Assembly: GCA_022826485.1 (NCBI GenBank)
Contig: JAJDUU010000052.1
Location: 70,692 to 134,691 of the forward strand
Reading direction: 5' to 3'
Length of the DNA stretch: 64,000 nt
From: Chloroflexota bacterium
GTDB lineage: Bacteria; Chloroflexota; UBA11872
Part shown: positions 28,660 to 37,890 of the stretch, piece after piece
Position numbering within the stretch: the first letter of the stretch is position 1
Layout of the letters: each line of letters starts with the position of its first letter
The notes under the pieces: generated by a model
Told to the model about the DNA's origin: nothing
The model's database searches: none
Seen by the model: the letters and a program-made list of their open reading frames with translations, nothing else
Program-made: the position numbers and the translations under genes

Positions 28660-29517
28660 CTAGCCGCTCACCGCCGGCTCGGCGCCGACCTGACCGTCCG
28701 CGGCCTCCGGTTCATCTTCAGGCGCCGCCACTCGGGCCAGCACCACGCCAATCTCATACAGCGCGTAGACCGGCACGGCCACCGAGAGCTGCGTGAAGGG
28801 ATCGGGCGTCGGCGTGATGACGGCGGCCAGAATCACGATCGCGACGATGGCGTAGCGGCGGTACTTGCCGAGGGTGCTGGCCTTCACGACGCCGATCTTT
28901 GCCAGCGCAAAGATGAAGAACGGCGTCTCGAAGGCAATGCCCACCGCCAGCAGAATCCGCAGGACGAACGTGACCCAGGTCGCGACGGTGAACTCCGTCG
29001 CAATCGATCTCGGCGCGAAGCCCGCCAAAAATCCAACGGTGAAGCGCAAGACCACGAACCACGCGAACGCCGCCCCGATCAGGAACGCCACCGCGATTGC
29101 CGGGATGCTCATGTAGAGCCAGCGCTTCTCATGCGCGTAGAGACCGGGCGCCACATAGGCCAGGACTTGATACAGCACGATGGGACTGGCGATACCCAAC
29201 CCGACGATGATCGAGATCATGAAGAATGTGAACAGGGTCTCCGTGGGAGATATCTGCTGCAGGATGGCGCCGCGCGGCAGCGGGTACTGCACGACCTCGA
29301 ACACTAAGTCCTTGAATGGCCACACGATCAGGCTCGCCACGATGACGGCCAGCACGGCAATCGTGAGTCGCGTGCGGAGCTCCTGGAGGTGCTCGCGCAG
29401 CGTCATCACGCCGCCGGTCTCCTCGGCCTCCGGTTCCTGTGGTTCTCCGTCCGGCGCCAGCGGTGCCTCGTCCGGCTCCTGCGGTGGTTCGGAAGGTCGG
29501 TCCGCGTCCATGGCCAA
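28660..29517 (-). CDS. tatC: Twin-arginine translocase subunit TatC.
   Basis: Carries the TatC motif LREHLQELRTRL and six transmembrane helices. It has an acidic, Pro-rich N-terminal extension. Confidence 0.85.
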   Translation of the reverse strand: MAMDADRPSEPPQEPDEAPLAPDGEPQEPEAEETGGVMTLREHLQELRTRLTIAVLAVIVASLIVWPFKDLVFEVVQYPLPRGAILQQISPTETLFTFFMISIIVGLGIASPIVLYQVLAYVAPGLYAHEKRWLYMSIPAIAVAFLIGAAFAWFVVLRFTVGFLAGFAPRSIATEFTVATWVTFVLRILLAVGIAFETPFFIFALAKIGVVKASTLGKYRRYAIVAIVILAAVITPTPDPFTQLSVAVPVYALYEIGVVLARVAAPEDEPEAADGQVGAEPAVSG

Positions 29518-29529
29518 GCCTACTACTGC

Positions 29530-29961
29530 CTACGACGCCGGCGAATCGGCCTGACGCCGCACGTGGGTGCCCAAGGCGCCGTTGACGAGACGCCGGCCGC
29601 CCTCCGTGCAGTACTGCTTCGCAAGCTCCACCGCCTCGTTGATCGCCACCGCCGGCGGCACGCGACCGGAATCGATCTCCGCAATGCCAATTCGCAGAAT
29701 AGCGACCTCGAGCTGGGCCATCTGGGCGATGGGCCAAGCGGGGGCCAACTCGCTGATTGTCGCATCTAGATCTCCCAAACGAGCGGCAACCTCCTCGATG
29801 AGGGTCCCGGCGTAGGCCCGCGCGTCAGCCGCCAGGCCCAACTCGTGCTGTCGCGACGTATAGAGCGCCACCGGATCGCCGCCACGAATCGCCGCTTCGA
29901 ACAGCAGACGCATGGCGGCTTCGCGGGCGGCACGTCGGTCGCGGCGCGGGCGGGCAGCCAC
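29530..29961 (-). CDS. nusB: Transcription antitermination factor NusB, with a probable GTG start.
   Basis: Has a NusB-like N-terminus (RRAAREAAMRLLFEA) and AIAEIDSGRVPPAVAINEAVELAK. The GTG start at 29959-29961 abuts the accC stop codon. The longer ORF N-terminus is discounted. Confidence 0.65.
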   Translation of the reverse strand: MAARPRRDRRAAREAAMRLLFEAAIRGGDPVALYTSRQHELGLAADARAYAGTLIEEVAARLGDLDATISELAPAWPIAQMAQLEVAILRIGIAEIDSGRVPPAVAINEAVELAKQYCTEGGRRLVNGALGTHVRRQADSPAS

Positions 29962-29963
29962 TG

Positions 29964-31322
29964 CTAGGCCGTGACGCCGGCCACCCGGTCCTGCAGGGCC
30001 TCGACGTAGCCCACGTCGTAGGAGCCTTCGGCAAACTGCGCGTCGTCCAGCACCGCTTGGTGAAACGCCAGGTTCGTGGCCGGGCCCTCGATCAGCGTCT
30101 CGGCCAGGGCGCGGCGCGAGCGTTCGAGCGCCTCGGCGCGGGTCTCGCCCCACACGATGAGCTTCGCCAGCAGGGAGTCGTAGAAGGGCGGCACCTCATA
30201 GCCGGCGAATATGTGGGTATCCATGCGGACGCCGTAGCCGCCCGGCAGGTGAAGCCGCGTGATCCGCCCGGAATCCGGGCGGAAGTCCCGCGTCGGATCT
30301 TCGGCGGTCAACCGAAACTCCACCGCATGGCCGTTACGGCCCACCTCGTCTTGGCGAACGTCAAGCGTCTCGCCCCCGGCGATTCGGAGCTGCGCGCCAA
30401 CCACGTCGAGACCGGTGATCGCTTCGGTGATGGGGTGCTCGACCTGAATGCGCGCATTGGCCTCCATGAAGTAGAAGTCGCCGCTCGCGTCGACCAGGAA
30501 CTCGACGGTTCCCGCACTGCGGTAATCGAGTGCGTGCATCAGCTGCACCGCGGCCTGTGTGATTCGTTCGCTCAGGCCGTTCGGCAAGTTGGGCGCCGGG
30601 GCCTCTTCGACGAGCTTCTGGTAGCGGCGTTGAATCGAGCACTCGCGATGCCACGCATGGATCACCGACGTGCTGTCGCCGATGACCTGAACCTCGACGT
30701 GACGCGGCGATTGGATCAGCTTCTCAACGTAGATTTCCCCACTGCCAAAGGAGGCTCGCGCTTCGGCCTGCGCCAGCGAGAACAGGCCCGTCAACTCATC
30801 GGGATCGGTGACGGGCCGTATGCCGCGCCCCCCACCGCCGGCGGCTGCCTTGAGCACGACCGGAAACCCGATCTCGCGCGCGACTTCCCGCGCATGGATC
30901 GCGTCACGCGCCGGTTCCTCGGACCCCGGCACGACCGGCAAGCCCGCCGCCACAGCCGCCGCGCGGGCGCGAACCTTGTCGCCGAAGGCGCGCAGCGTGT
31001 CTGGATCCGGCCCGACGAACGTCAGGTTGTAGCGGGCGCACACCTCGGCGAAGTAGGCGTTCTCCGCCAGGAAACCGGCTCCCGGGTGCACCGCGTCCGC
31101 GCCTGTGTTGAGCGCGGCGCCGATGATATTGGGAACATTCAGATAGCTCGCGCTCGAGGCCGCGGGTCCGATGCACACCGTCTCATCCGCGATCTGCACC
31201 GGAAGGCTGTCGGCGTCGGCCTCCGAGTAGATGGCCACCGTGCCGATCCCCAGGTCGTGACACGCCCGAATGACTCGCACGGCCATTTCGCCACGGTTGG
31301 CCACCAGCACTTTTTCAAGCAC
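29964..31322 (-). CDS. accC: Acetyl-CoA carboxylase biotin carboxylase subunit.
   Basis: 452 aa ATP-grasp protein. Carries VLVANRGEMAVRVIRA, a GGGGRG loop and the MEANARIQVEHPITE motif. Confidence 0.9.
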   Translation of the reverse strand: MLEKVLVANRGEMAVRVIRACHDLGIGTVAIYSEADADSLPVQIADETVCIGPAASSASYLNVPNIIGAALNTGADAVHPGAGFLAENAYFAEVCARYNLTFVGPDPDTLRAFGDKVRARAAAVAAGLPVVPGSEEPARDAIHAREVAREIGFPVVLKAAAGGGGRGIRPVTDPDELTGLFSLAQAEARASFGSGEIYVEKLIQSPRHVEVQVIGDSTSVIHAWHRECSIQRRYQKLVEEAPAPNLPNGLSERITQAAVQLMHALDYRSAGTVEFLVDASGDFYFMEANARIQVEHPITEAITGLDVVGAQLRIAGGETLDVRQDEVGRNGHAVEFRLTAEDPTRDFRPDSGRITRLHLPGGYGVRMDTHIFAGYEVPPFYDSLLAKLIVWGETRAEALERSRRALAETLIEGPATNLAFHQAVLDDAQFAEGSYDVGYVEALQDRVAGVTA

Positions 31323-31328
31323 GTGGCG

Positions 31329-32093
31329 TCATCCCATGTGGAGGCCGCCGTCGATCGTCATGACCTGTCCGGTGACATAGGAAGCGTCGCTGGATGCGAG
31401 AAACGCCACCGCGCCCGCCACATCGTCAGGCGTGGCAAAACGCCCCAGCGGAATGCGATCGATGATCCACTGGCGAAGCTCCCCCTCCAGGTCGTCGGTC
31501 AGCGGCGAGATGACGAATCCGGGGGCGACGGCATTGACCGTGATTCCGCGAGCGGCCACCTCGCGCGCCAGGGCGAGGGTGAATCCCACCAACCCGGCCT
31601 TGGCGGCGGCGTAGTTCGTTTGGCCGGCATTGCCCCCGGTGCCGGCGACCGAGGAGATGTTGATGATCCGCCCGTCACGCTGACGCAGCATGCCCCGCAC
31701 GGCCCGCCGGGAGCAGGCGAAGGCCGAGCGCAGATTCGTTCGAATCACGTCGTCCCAGTCCTCATCCCGCATCCGCATCAGCAGCGAGTCGCGGATGATG
31801 CCGGCGTTGTTGATCAAGACGTCCAGACCACCCAGAACGCGAATGGCCTCGTCCACGACGTGGTTGGCGCCCTCGGTGGTCGACAACTCGCCCCCAACGA
31901 CCACGGCCGAGCCGCCCGCGGCCTGGATGGAGGAGGCAAGCTCTCGCGCCTTGTCCTCGTTGCGGTTGTAGTGCAGCACCAGACGCGCACCCTCGGCCCC
32001 CAGGCGACGCGCGTACGCCTCACCCAAGGCGCCCGACGCCCCGGTGATCAACGTCCGCCTATCGGTCAGGCGGCCAGCTATGGGGTCAGACAT
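31329..32093 (-). CDS. fabG: 3-oxoacyl-ACP reductase.
   Basis: SDR family with TGASGALG, NNAG and YAAAKAG (YxxxK) motifs. The start is chosen at MSDPIAG. Confidence 0.85.
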   Translation of the reverse strand: MSDPIAGRLTDRRTLITGASGALGEAYARRLGAEGARLVLHYNRNEDKARELASSIQAAGGSAVVVGGELSTTEGANHVVDEAIRVLGGLDVLINNAGIIRDSLLMRMRDEDWDDVIRTNLRSAFACSRRAVRGMLRQRDGRIINISSVAGTGGNAGQTNYAAAKAGLVGFTLALAREVAARGITVNAVAPGFVISPLTDDLEGELRQWIIDRIPLGRFATPDDVAGAVAFLASSDASYVTGQVMTIDGGLHMG

Positions 32094-33084
32094 TGCGAAA
32101 TTCCTTCGCCGCGGCGTCGGCCGAATCAGCATCGTAGACGTTGAGCAGGGAAACGTCTTGCCCGGTGCGGCGCAGCATGCTCGTCAGCAGGCCTTTGTGA
32201 CCGAACTCCACGATGTGCGTCACGCCCAGCGCCACGAGTGTGCCGACGCCGCGCCACCACTGCAACGGGGCGGCGACGTGCTCCGCAAGCTCCACGCGCA
32301 GCTCGGCGGCCGTCCGCAGCGGCTGGCCGTCCATATTGGCAATCACCGGAGCCCGGGGATCCGCCAGGGGCGCCGCCAGCAAGCGCTCCCGCATGGCGTC
32401 ACGCGCCGGCAGCATGGCCGCGGTGTGAAACGCCCCGGACACCTCCAACGGCACGACCCGGCGCGCGCCGGCCGCCTTGGCCGCCGCGGGCAACTCGCCC
32501 AACGACGCCAGGTCTCCACCGACGACCACCTGGCCGGGCGTGTTGATATTGGCCACCGAGAGGTAGCTCCCGGGAATTCGCGCGCGAATCTCATCGACGA
32601 CGCCTGCGGTCAACTCGGGATCCAGCCCCAGGACGGCGCTCATTCGTCCCGGGCGGTGCGCCGCGGCCTGCTGCATGGCCGCCCCGCGCGTCGCCACCAT
32701 GGCCATCGTGGTGTGCGTGTCGAGCGCCCCGCCGACGGCAACGGCGGCCCATAGGCCCACGCTGTGCCCGGCCAGGGCAGCGACCGGAACGACATGGCCG
32801 TCGTCCAGCGCCGTCTGCGCCTGGCCAAGGGCCTCGGTGAAGGCGGCAAACGCCGCCAGGGCCACCGCCACGACCGCCGGCTGTTGCACGCGGGTCGGGC
32901 GCAGGGCCTCCGCCGGTCCGTGGAAGCAAAGCGCGGCTAGGTCATCGCCAAAAGCCGCATTGGCCGTGGCGAACACCTCGCGCGCGGCGCCGGACCGGGC
33001 AAAGAGGTCCGCGCCCATGCCGACCGCTTGGGCGCCCTGTCCCGGAAAGACGTAGGCGACCGCTGGCCTGTCGGCGGTCGTCAC
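32086..33084 (-). CDS. fabD: Malonyl-CoA:ACP transacylase.
   Basis: Carries FPGQGAQ and the active-site GHSVG motif. Confidence 0.85.
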   Translation of the reverse strand: MTTADRPAVAYVFPGQGAQAVGMGADLFARSGAAREVFATANAAFGDDLAALCFHGPAEALRPTRVQQPAVVAVALAAFAAFTEALGQAQTALDDGHVVPVAALAGHSVGLWAAVAVGGALDTHTTMAMVATRGAAMQQAAAHRPGRMSAVLGLDPELTAGVVDEIRARIPGSYLSVANINTPGQVVVGGDLASLGELPAAAKAAGARRVVPLEVSGAFHTAAMLPARDAMRERLLAAPLADPRAPVIANMDGQPLRTAAELRVELAEHVAAPLQWWRGVGTLVALGVTHIVEFGHKGLLTSMLRRTGQDVSLLNVYDADSADAAAKEFRNV

Positions 33085-33099
33085 CGCCGTCCGCGCCCG

Positions 33100-33300
33100 C
33101 TACCGATACTTGGCAGCCTGCTCGCTCGGCTCAACGACCACCGTGCCACGCAGATTGCCGCAGACCTCACAGACGTGGTGGCTCCGCATCAGGGCGTGAC
33201 AGGTTGGACAGCGCACGAGCGTCGGGCTGGCGAGGCGGATTTGATTTCGACGCCGGCGGCGACGCGAGCGCGTCAGCCGACGTTTAGGTTGAGCTCCCAT
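33100..33300 (-). CDS. rpmF: 50S ribosomal protein L32 (zinc-ribbon form).
   Basis: 66 aa. Basic N-terminus (RRRRRN) and a CPTC...CEVCG zinc ribbon. Confidence 0.85.
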   Translation of the reverse strand: MGAQPKRRLTRSRRRRRRNQIRLASPTLVRCPTCHALMRSHHVCEVCGNLRGTVVVEPSEQAAKYR

Positions 33301-33312
33301 AGGCTCCCATTA

Positions 33313-33906
33313 TCACTTAGTTCCAGGCATATCAGGAAACATTGTCGCGCGAAGCTCGGCCAGCCGGCTCCAGCGTGGATCGATCGAGTCCTCAATCGGC
33401 ACTTTCGCGGCCTCCAGACCGGGACATGCCGAGCGACAGACGGGCATGAGCGGCAGCGCGGCAATGACGCCCTCGGCCAGCAACGGCGTGAGATCCAGGT
33501 TGTGGCGCTCGTCCAATGGCCAAACGGCCTCCAGACCCGCTTCCTCGGTCGCGGCCTCGCTCGGGTCAATCAGGAACTCGCCGTCAGCCTCGAAGCGCAG
33601 GGTCTGGCGAGCGGGCTCGAGACATCGCGCGCACGGTTGCTCGACCGGCGCCTCGAAGTCGCCAGTCGCATGAATGGCCTCGCCCAAGCGCACCAGGTGC
33701 ACCTGACCCACCACGGGCCCGACCAGCTCCGGGAGGTTTAGCGCCTCGGGCGGAGCGAGCACGTCGTGCTTGCGGCTGGCGCCGGGCGGCTCTCGCACGA
33801 ATGCCGCGACATTGAAGACGAAGTCGTTCACGATGGAAGGGCCGGTGAGCGGCCTAAACGGTCTCTTCTTCGCCGATTTCCGTGATGCCGGCGGATTCCT
33901 CGTCAA
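33313..33906 (-). CDS. yceD: DUF177/YceD-family protein. The start is uncertain; a GTG at 33831 is possible.
   Basis: Conserved position upstream of rpmF. Has a C-terminal CxRC...C..C pattern (CARCLEP...CRSACPG) typical of YceD. The N-terminus overlaps the upstream ORF by 53 nt unless an internal start is used. Confidence 0.6.
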   Translation of the reverse strand: MTRNPPASRKSAKKRPFRPLTGPSIVNDFVFNVAAFVREPPGASRKHDVLAPPEALNLPELVGPVVGQVHLVRLGEAIHATGDFEAPVEQPCARCLEPARQTLRFEADGEFLIDPSEAATEEAGLEAVWPLDERHNLDLTPLLAEGVIAALPLMPVCRSACPGLEAAKVPIEDSIDPRWSRLAELRATMFPDMPGTK

Positions 33907-34297
33907 GCGCGTCGATGCCGCGTCGAATGCTCGCCAGGTGCGAAATCAGGCGGTGCTCGATATCACGCAGCATATTGAGCGCGTAGACATCCATCTCCTC
34001 GCGCGACGCCTCGGTTCGCTCCTCGGCCGCCTCGATGATTTGCTCCGCTCGCGCCTCGGCCTGGCGCACGATCTCCTCGTCGCGCAGCATCTGATCCGCC
34101 TGCTCGCGGGCCTGCTGGATGATTTGCTCCGCCTCCATCTGCGCCGACTGCGGGATCTGCTCGCGCTCTCGCAGCACGCGCCGCGCCTCCCGGACTTCCT
34201 CCGGAATGCGAATGCGCATTTCGTCCACGATCTCAAGCAGCGCGCGCTCGTCCATCACGATGCGACGCATCATCGGCACACGCTGGGCAGCGGTCAC
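33854..34297 (-). CDS. Hypothetical Glu/Arg/Gln-rich coiled-coil protein.
   Basis: About 147 aa predicted helical protein (for example EEVREARRVLREREQI and AEARAEQIIEAAEER). I recognise no family. It lies between coaD and yceD on the same strand. Confidence 0.4.
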   Translation of the reverse strand: MTAAQRVPMMRRIVMDERALLEIVDEMRIRIPEEVREARRVLREREQIPQSAQMEAEQIIQQAREQADQMLRDEEIVRQAEARAEQIIEAAEERTEASREEMDVYALNMLRDIEHRLISHLASIRRGIDALDEESAGITEIGEEETV

Positions 34298-34342
34298 CAG
34301 CGCCTCAAGACGTTCAATTAGGTTGATGAGGTCGATGGCTAG

Positions 34343-34834
34343 CTACCTCCTCGGCGACGCATCGCCGTACTTCGCGGCCACGGCCGTGGCAACGTTTGGC
34401 GGCACAAACGGGGCCACATTTCGCCCCAGGGCGCCGATCTCCCGCACCAACGACGAACTCACGTACGCATGCTCGGGCGCTGAGAGGAAGAACACCGTAT
34501 CCAACTCCGGCGCCAGACGGCGGTTCATGGCCGACAGCGCGAATTCATACTCGAAGTCAGATACCGCTCGCAGGCCGCGCACGAGCACGCTCGCTCCAAT
34601 GTCCCGCGCAAAGTCTACCGTGAGTCCCCGATAGTCGCGCACGGATACGTTGGGCAAGTGCGCGGTTGCCGCTCGCAGCAACTCCACGCGTTCCTCGGTG
34701 GAAAACAACGTGCCGGATTGCGGCTGTTCGTAGACCCCGGCGATGACCTCGGCATGACAGGCCGCGCTGCGCGCGATCAGGTCCAAATGCCCGTTGGTCG
34801 CCGGGTCGAATGTGGCAGCAAAAAGCGCCCGCAT
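34343..34834 (-). CDS. coaD: Phosphopantetheine adenylyltransferase.
   Basis: Carries TFDPATNGH (the HxGH-type nucleotidyltransferase motif) and ISSSLVREI. Confidence 0.85.
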   Translation of the reverse strand: MRALFAATFDPATNGHLDLIARSAACHAEVIAGVYEQPQSGTLFSTEERVELLRAATAHLPNVSVRDYRGLTVDFARDIGASVLVRGLRAVSDFEYEFALSAMNRRLAPELDTVFFLSAPEHAYVSSSLVREIGALGRNVAPFVPPNVATAVAAKYGDASPRR

Positions 34835-34876
34835 ACGGAAAATTCGCTGGGGTGGCGAGCGCGATTATAGCGACAT

Positions 34877-35455
34877 TCAATCGTCGTCGGACTCGCCGTT
34901 CGATGATCGGCAATAGATGGCAAAGGCCCCGTCGCCGTGACGTCGTGTCTTCCACACGCGCCATTGCGGCGGCGGGTCGGGAGCGACGCGCCGTGCGCTG
35001 AATTCGGCGACGACCAGTCCGTCGGGCGATATCACGCCGGGCTCGGCCAACCGCTCCAGCAGCGGAATCCACGGATCGTCGGCGTAGGGCGGGTCCGCCA
35101 GCACCAGCCCAAACGGACCACCGTCCGCCAGATCGGCCCGAAGCACATTGCCGCGCTCAACGGTTGCGCAATGCTCCAGTTCCAGCCGGCGCAGATTGGC
35201 GCGAATTGCAGCACAGGCGCGGCTGTCGCGCTCGACAAACCGCACGTGCTCCGCGCCCCGGCTCAGCGCCTCGATCCCCAGAGCGCCGGAGCCCGCATAG
35301 CAATCGAGCACCCGCGCCGGCGGTGGAGCCCCCAAGGAATCGAAGATCGCGGCCCGCAGGCGATCGATCGTGGGACGCGTGGCCGTCGCGACCTCGATGC
35401 GCCGCCCGCGCAACTCGCCCGCCACCACGCGCAGCCCGCGCCCCCTGGACGCCAC
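34877..35455 (-). CDS. rsmD: 16S rRNA (guanine966-N2)-methyltransferase.
   Basis: Carries the SAM-binding region LDCYAGSGALG and the DPPY motif (LVLADPPY). Confidence 0.8.
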   Translation of the reverse strand: MASRGRGLRVVAGELRGRRIEVATATRPTIDRLRAAIFDSLGAPPPARVLDCYAGSGALGIEALSRGAEHVRFVERDSRACAAIRANLRRLELEHCATVERGNVLRADLADGGPFGLVLADPPYADDPWIPLLERLAEPGVISPDGLVVAEFSARRVAPDPPPQWRVWKTRRHGDGAFAIYCRSSNGESDDD

Positions 35456-35490
35456 TCAGGACCGCGGGCGAGAGGCGGCGGGATGGGGGC

Positions 35491-37887
35491 CTAGCTCCAT
35501 TCGCTCTCCTGGAGCATGGACTGCACGGCGACCGCGAGCCGGGCGTGCTCCGGGCGCTCGAGCTCGGGGTCGGCCTGGATGATGGCCTCGGCGTCCTCAC
35601 GCGTTCGCCAGATCATCTCCATGTCGCTCACGCTTGCAAACTGAAAGCCGGTCAGCCCGTGCTGGCGCGTACCCAAGATATCGCCGGGGCCGCGCAGATC
35701 GAGATCTCGCTCGGCCAACTCAAAGCCATCATGCACCGATTGAAGAATGCGCAGACGCGCATTCTCGGTGGCGTCCTTGGTGTCGCTCAGCAGCAGGCAA
35801 TGGCTCTGCTGGCCGCCGCGTCCGACGCGCCCGCGCAATTGATGCAGCTGCGACAGACCGAAGCGCTCGGCCCCTTCGATCATGATGACGGTGGCCTCCG
35901 GCACGTCGATGCCGACCTCGACTACGGCCGTGCCGACGAGAATCTTCACCTCGCCGTCGCGAAAAGCTCGCATCACCGCGTCCTTGGCCCTGGCGCTCAG
36001 CCGCCCGTGGAGGAGTCCGATGGCGTGCGCCAGGTCGGGGTAGACCTGCGTGGTGAGACGCTCGAACTCATCCTTGGCCGACCGAACCTGGAGCGATTCC
36101 GACTCCTGGATGAGCGGACAGATCACGAATGCCTGTCCGCCGGCTTCCACTTGCTCGCGCAGGAACGCGTAGGCGTCGGCCCGTCGGGCTTTAGGCACCC
36201 AGGCCGTCCGCACCGGGCGTCGACCGCTCGGCATCTCGCGGATCGAGGTGATGTCCAGGTCGCCGTAGAACGTCAGCGCCAGGGTCCGCGGAATCGGCGT
36301 GGCGGTCATGGCCAGCAGATGCGGGTTGTACCCCTTGGCCCGGATTTCGCCGCGCTGCTGGACGCCAAAGCGGTGCTGCTCGTCCACCACAGCGAGGTTC
36401 AGGCGGGCAAATCTCGCGCTCTGCTGAATGAGCGCCTGCGTGCCGACGACTACGCCGATTTCACCCGCGGCCACCTCGCGCCATAGCCGGCGCTTGGCGG
36501 CGACGGGAATGCCGCCGCTGATGCGCGCCACACGCACGCCCAGCGGCTCCAACAGCTCGGCAAGCGTCTGCGTGTGCTGCTCGGCCAGCACCTCGGTTGG
36601 CGCCATCATGGCGCCCTGCCAGCCGGCGCGGCATACCGCGAACAGCGCACCGGCGGCAACAGCCGTCTTGCCTGAGCCCACGTCGCCCTGCACGAGCCGG
36701 CTCATTGGCGTGTCGCGCCGCAGATCATTGAGCACGTCAACCAGCGCCTTGCGCTGATCGTCCGTGAGCGTGAAGGGCAGCCGCGCGCCGAACTCCGCCA
36801 TCGCGTCGCGGTCGAACTCAATGTGCCGCCCCGGCTGCGAGTCACGCCAGCGGCCGCGATGGGTGAGGATCGCCAGCTGATAGACCAGAAGCTCGTCGAA
36901 CGCCAGCCGCGCCATTGCGGCTTCGGCGTTGGCGGCCGAGTCGGGGCGGTGCATCATCACCACCGCTTCGCCCAGGCTGGGCAACTCGCGGCGCTGTCGC
37001 ACCACGTCCGGCAACGGGTCCTCCAGGACGTGGGCGTGGGAATCCACGGCCGCGGCCACCCACCGCCGCAGCTGACGCTGCGTCACGCCGGCGGTCAACG
37101 GGTAGACCGGCACCAGCCGGCCGGCGTGGAGCCGCTCCGCCGCGTCCAACTCGTACTCAGGACTCGTGAGCTGCAGCCCGCTCCGGCCGTACTCCACGCG
37201 CCCCGCAAGCGCCACGTTGGGCCGCCCGGACAACGTGTTGGCGAGATACGGCTGGTTGAACCAGACGGCGGTGATCTGGCCGGTGTCGTCTTGCAATGCC
37301 GCCTCGGTGATGCTGAGGCGACGGGTGTGGGCTCGCCGAGAAGCGACGTCCACTATCGAGCCGACGAGCGTCACGTCGTCCCCGGCCTTGACGTCGGCGA
37401 TGGAGACCGTGGCGCTGTGGTCGATGTAGCGGTGCGGGGCGTGTCGCAGCAAGTCGCCGACCGTTGAAATCCCCAGGCTGCGCAGTCGCTTGGCCGCCGT
37501 TGCACCGATCCCCCAAAGCTCGGTGATCGGATCAGCCAGACTGCCCTTTGGCGCGGGGTTGCGCTTGCGAGGCTGCAGGGCAGTGTCCGGCACGGAAACC
37601 GGATCAGCCACGCTGTCCCTTGGTGCGGGAGCGCCTTCGACCGTCAGCAGGGGCAGCACGGCTTCGATCAGACGCCGGCGCGTCGCGGGCTTTAGCGATG
37701 AGTATTGCGAGAGGCGCCGCACGGCCGCGGCAGTGTCCGGCGGCAGGTCGCCAAGATCGCGCGCGATCCAGCGGGAAAGCCCGCCGTCCACAGCGGTGTC
37801 CTGATGCCCGGTGCGCTGCTCCGCGTCCAGGATTCGCGCCATTCGCTCGACCATCGACTGCGTGGCCGCCGCGCCGGCGCCACTCAC
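35491..37887 (-). CDS. recG: ATP-dependent DNA helicase RecG.
   Basis: 798 aa. Has a wedge-domain N-terminus, a Walker A (GDVGSGKTAVA), a DEQH box and a helicase C-terminus. Confidence 0.9.
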   Translation of the reverse strand: MSGAGAAATQSMVERMARILDAEQRTGHQDTAVDGGLSRWIARDLGDLPPDTAAAVRRLSQYSSLKPATRRRLIEAVLPLLTVEGAPAPRDSVADPVSVPDTALQPRKRNPAPKGSLADPITELWGIGATAAKRLRSLGISTVGDLLRHAPHRYIDHSATVSIADVKAGDDVTLVGSIVDVASRRAHTRRLSITEAALQDDTGQITAVWFNQPYLANTLSGRPNVALAGRVEYGRSGLQLTSPEYELDAAERLHAGRLVPVYPLTAGVTQRQLRRWVAAAVDSHAHVLEDPLPDVVRQRRELPSLGEAVVMMHRPDSAANAEAAMARLAFDELLVYQLAILTHRGRWRDSQPGRHIEFDRDAMAEFGARLPFTLTDDQRKALVDVLNDLRRDTPMSRLVQGDVGSGKTAVAAGALFAVCRAGWQGAMMAPTEVLAEQHTQTLAELLEPLGVRVARISGGIPVAAKRRLWREVAAGEIGVVVGTQALIQQSARFARLNLAVVDEQHRFGVQQRGEIRAKGYNPHLLAMTATPIPRTLALTFYGDLDITSIREMPSGRRPVRTAWVPKARRADAYAFLREQVEAGGQAFVICPLIQESESLQVRSAKDEFERLTTQVYPDLAHAIGLLHGRLSARAKDAVMRAFRDGEVKILVGTAVVEVGIDVPEATVIMIEGAERFGLSQLHQLRGRVGRGGQQSHCLLLSDTKDATENARLRILQSVHDGFELAERDLDLRGPGDILGTRQHGLTGFQFASVSDMEMIWRTREDAEAIIQADPELERPEHARLAVAVQSMLQESEWS

Positions 37888-37890
37888 GCG

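Noticed and set aside
30057-32144. A 695-aa ORF on the plus strand, plus many other long ORFs of 300-600 aa. Examples are 1059-2213 (+), 2890-3870 (+), 8812-10032 (-), 35164-36486 (+), 37705-39150 (+), 40517-42271 (+), 48484-49935 (+) and 49307-50584 (+).
   Set aside because: All of them lie antisense to ORFs with clear, motif-supported homologs (accC/fabG, hyuA, GH42, nuoD, recG, yloV, rlmN, prfA and others). They have Arg/Pro/Gly-rich low-complexity translations typical of stop-poor shadow frames in 70% GC DNA. No independent motif supports any of them.
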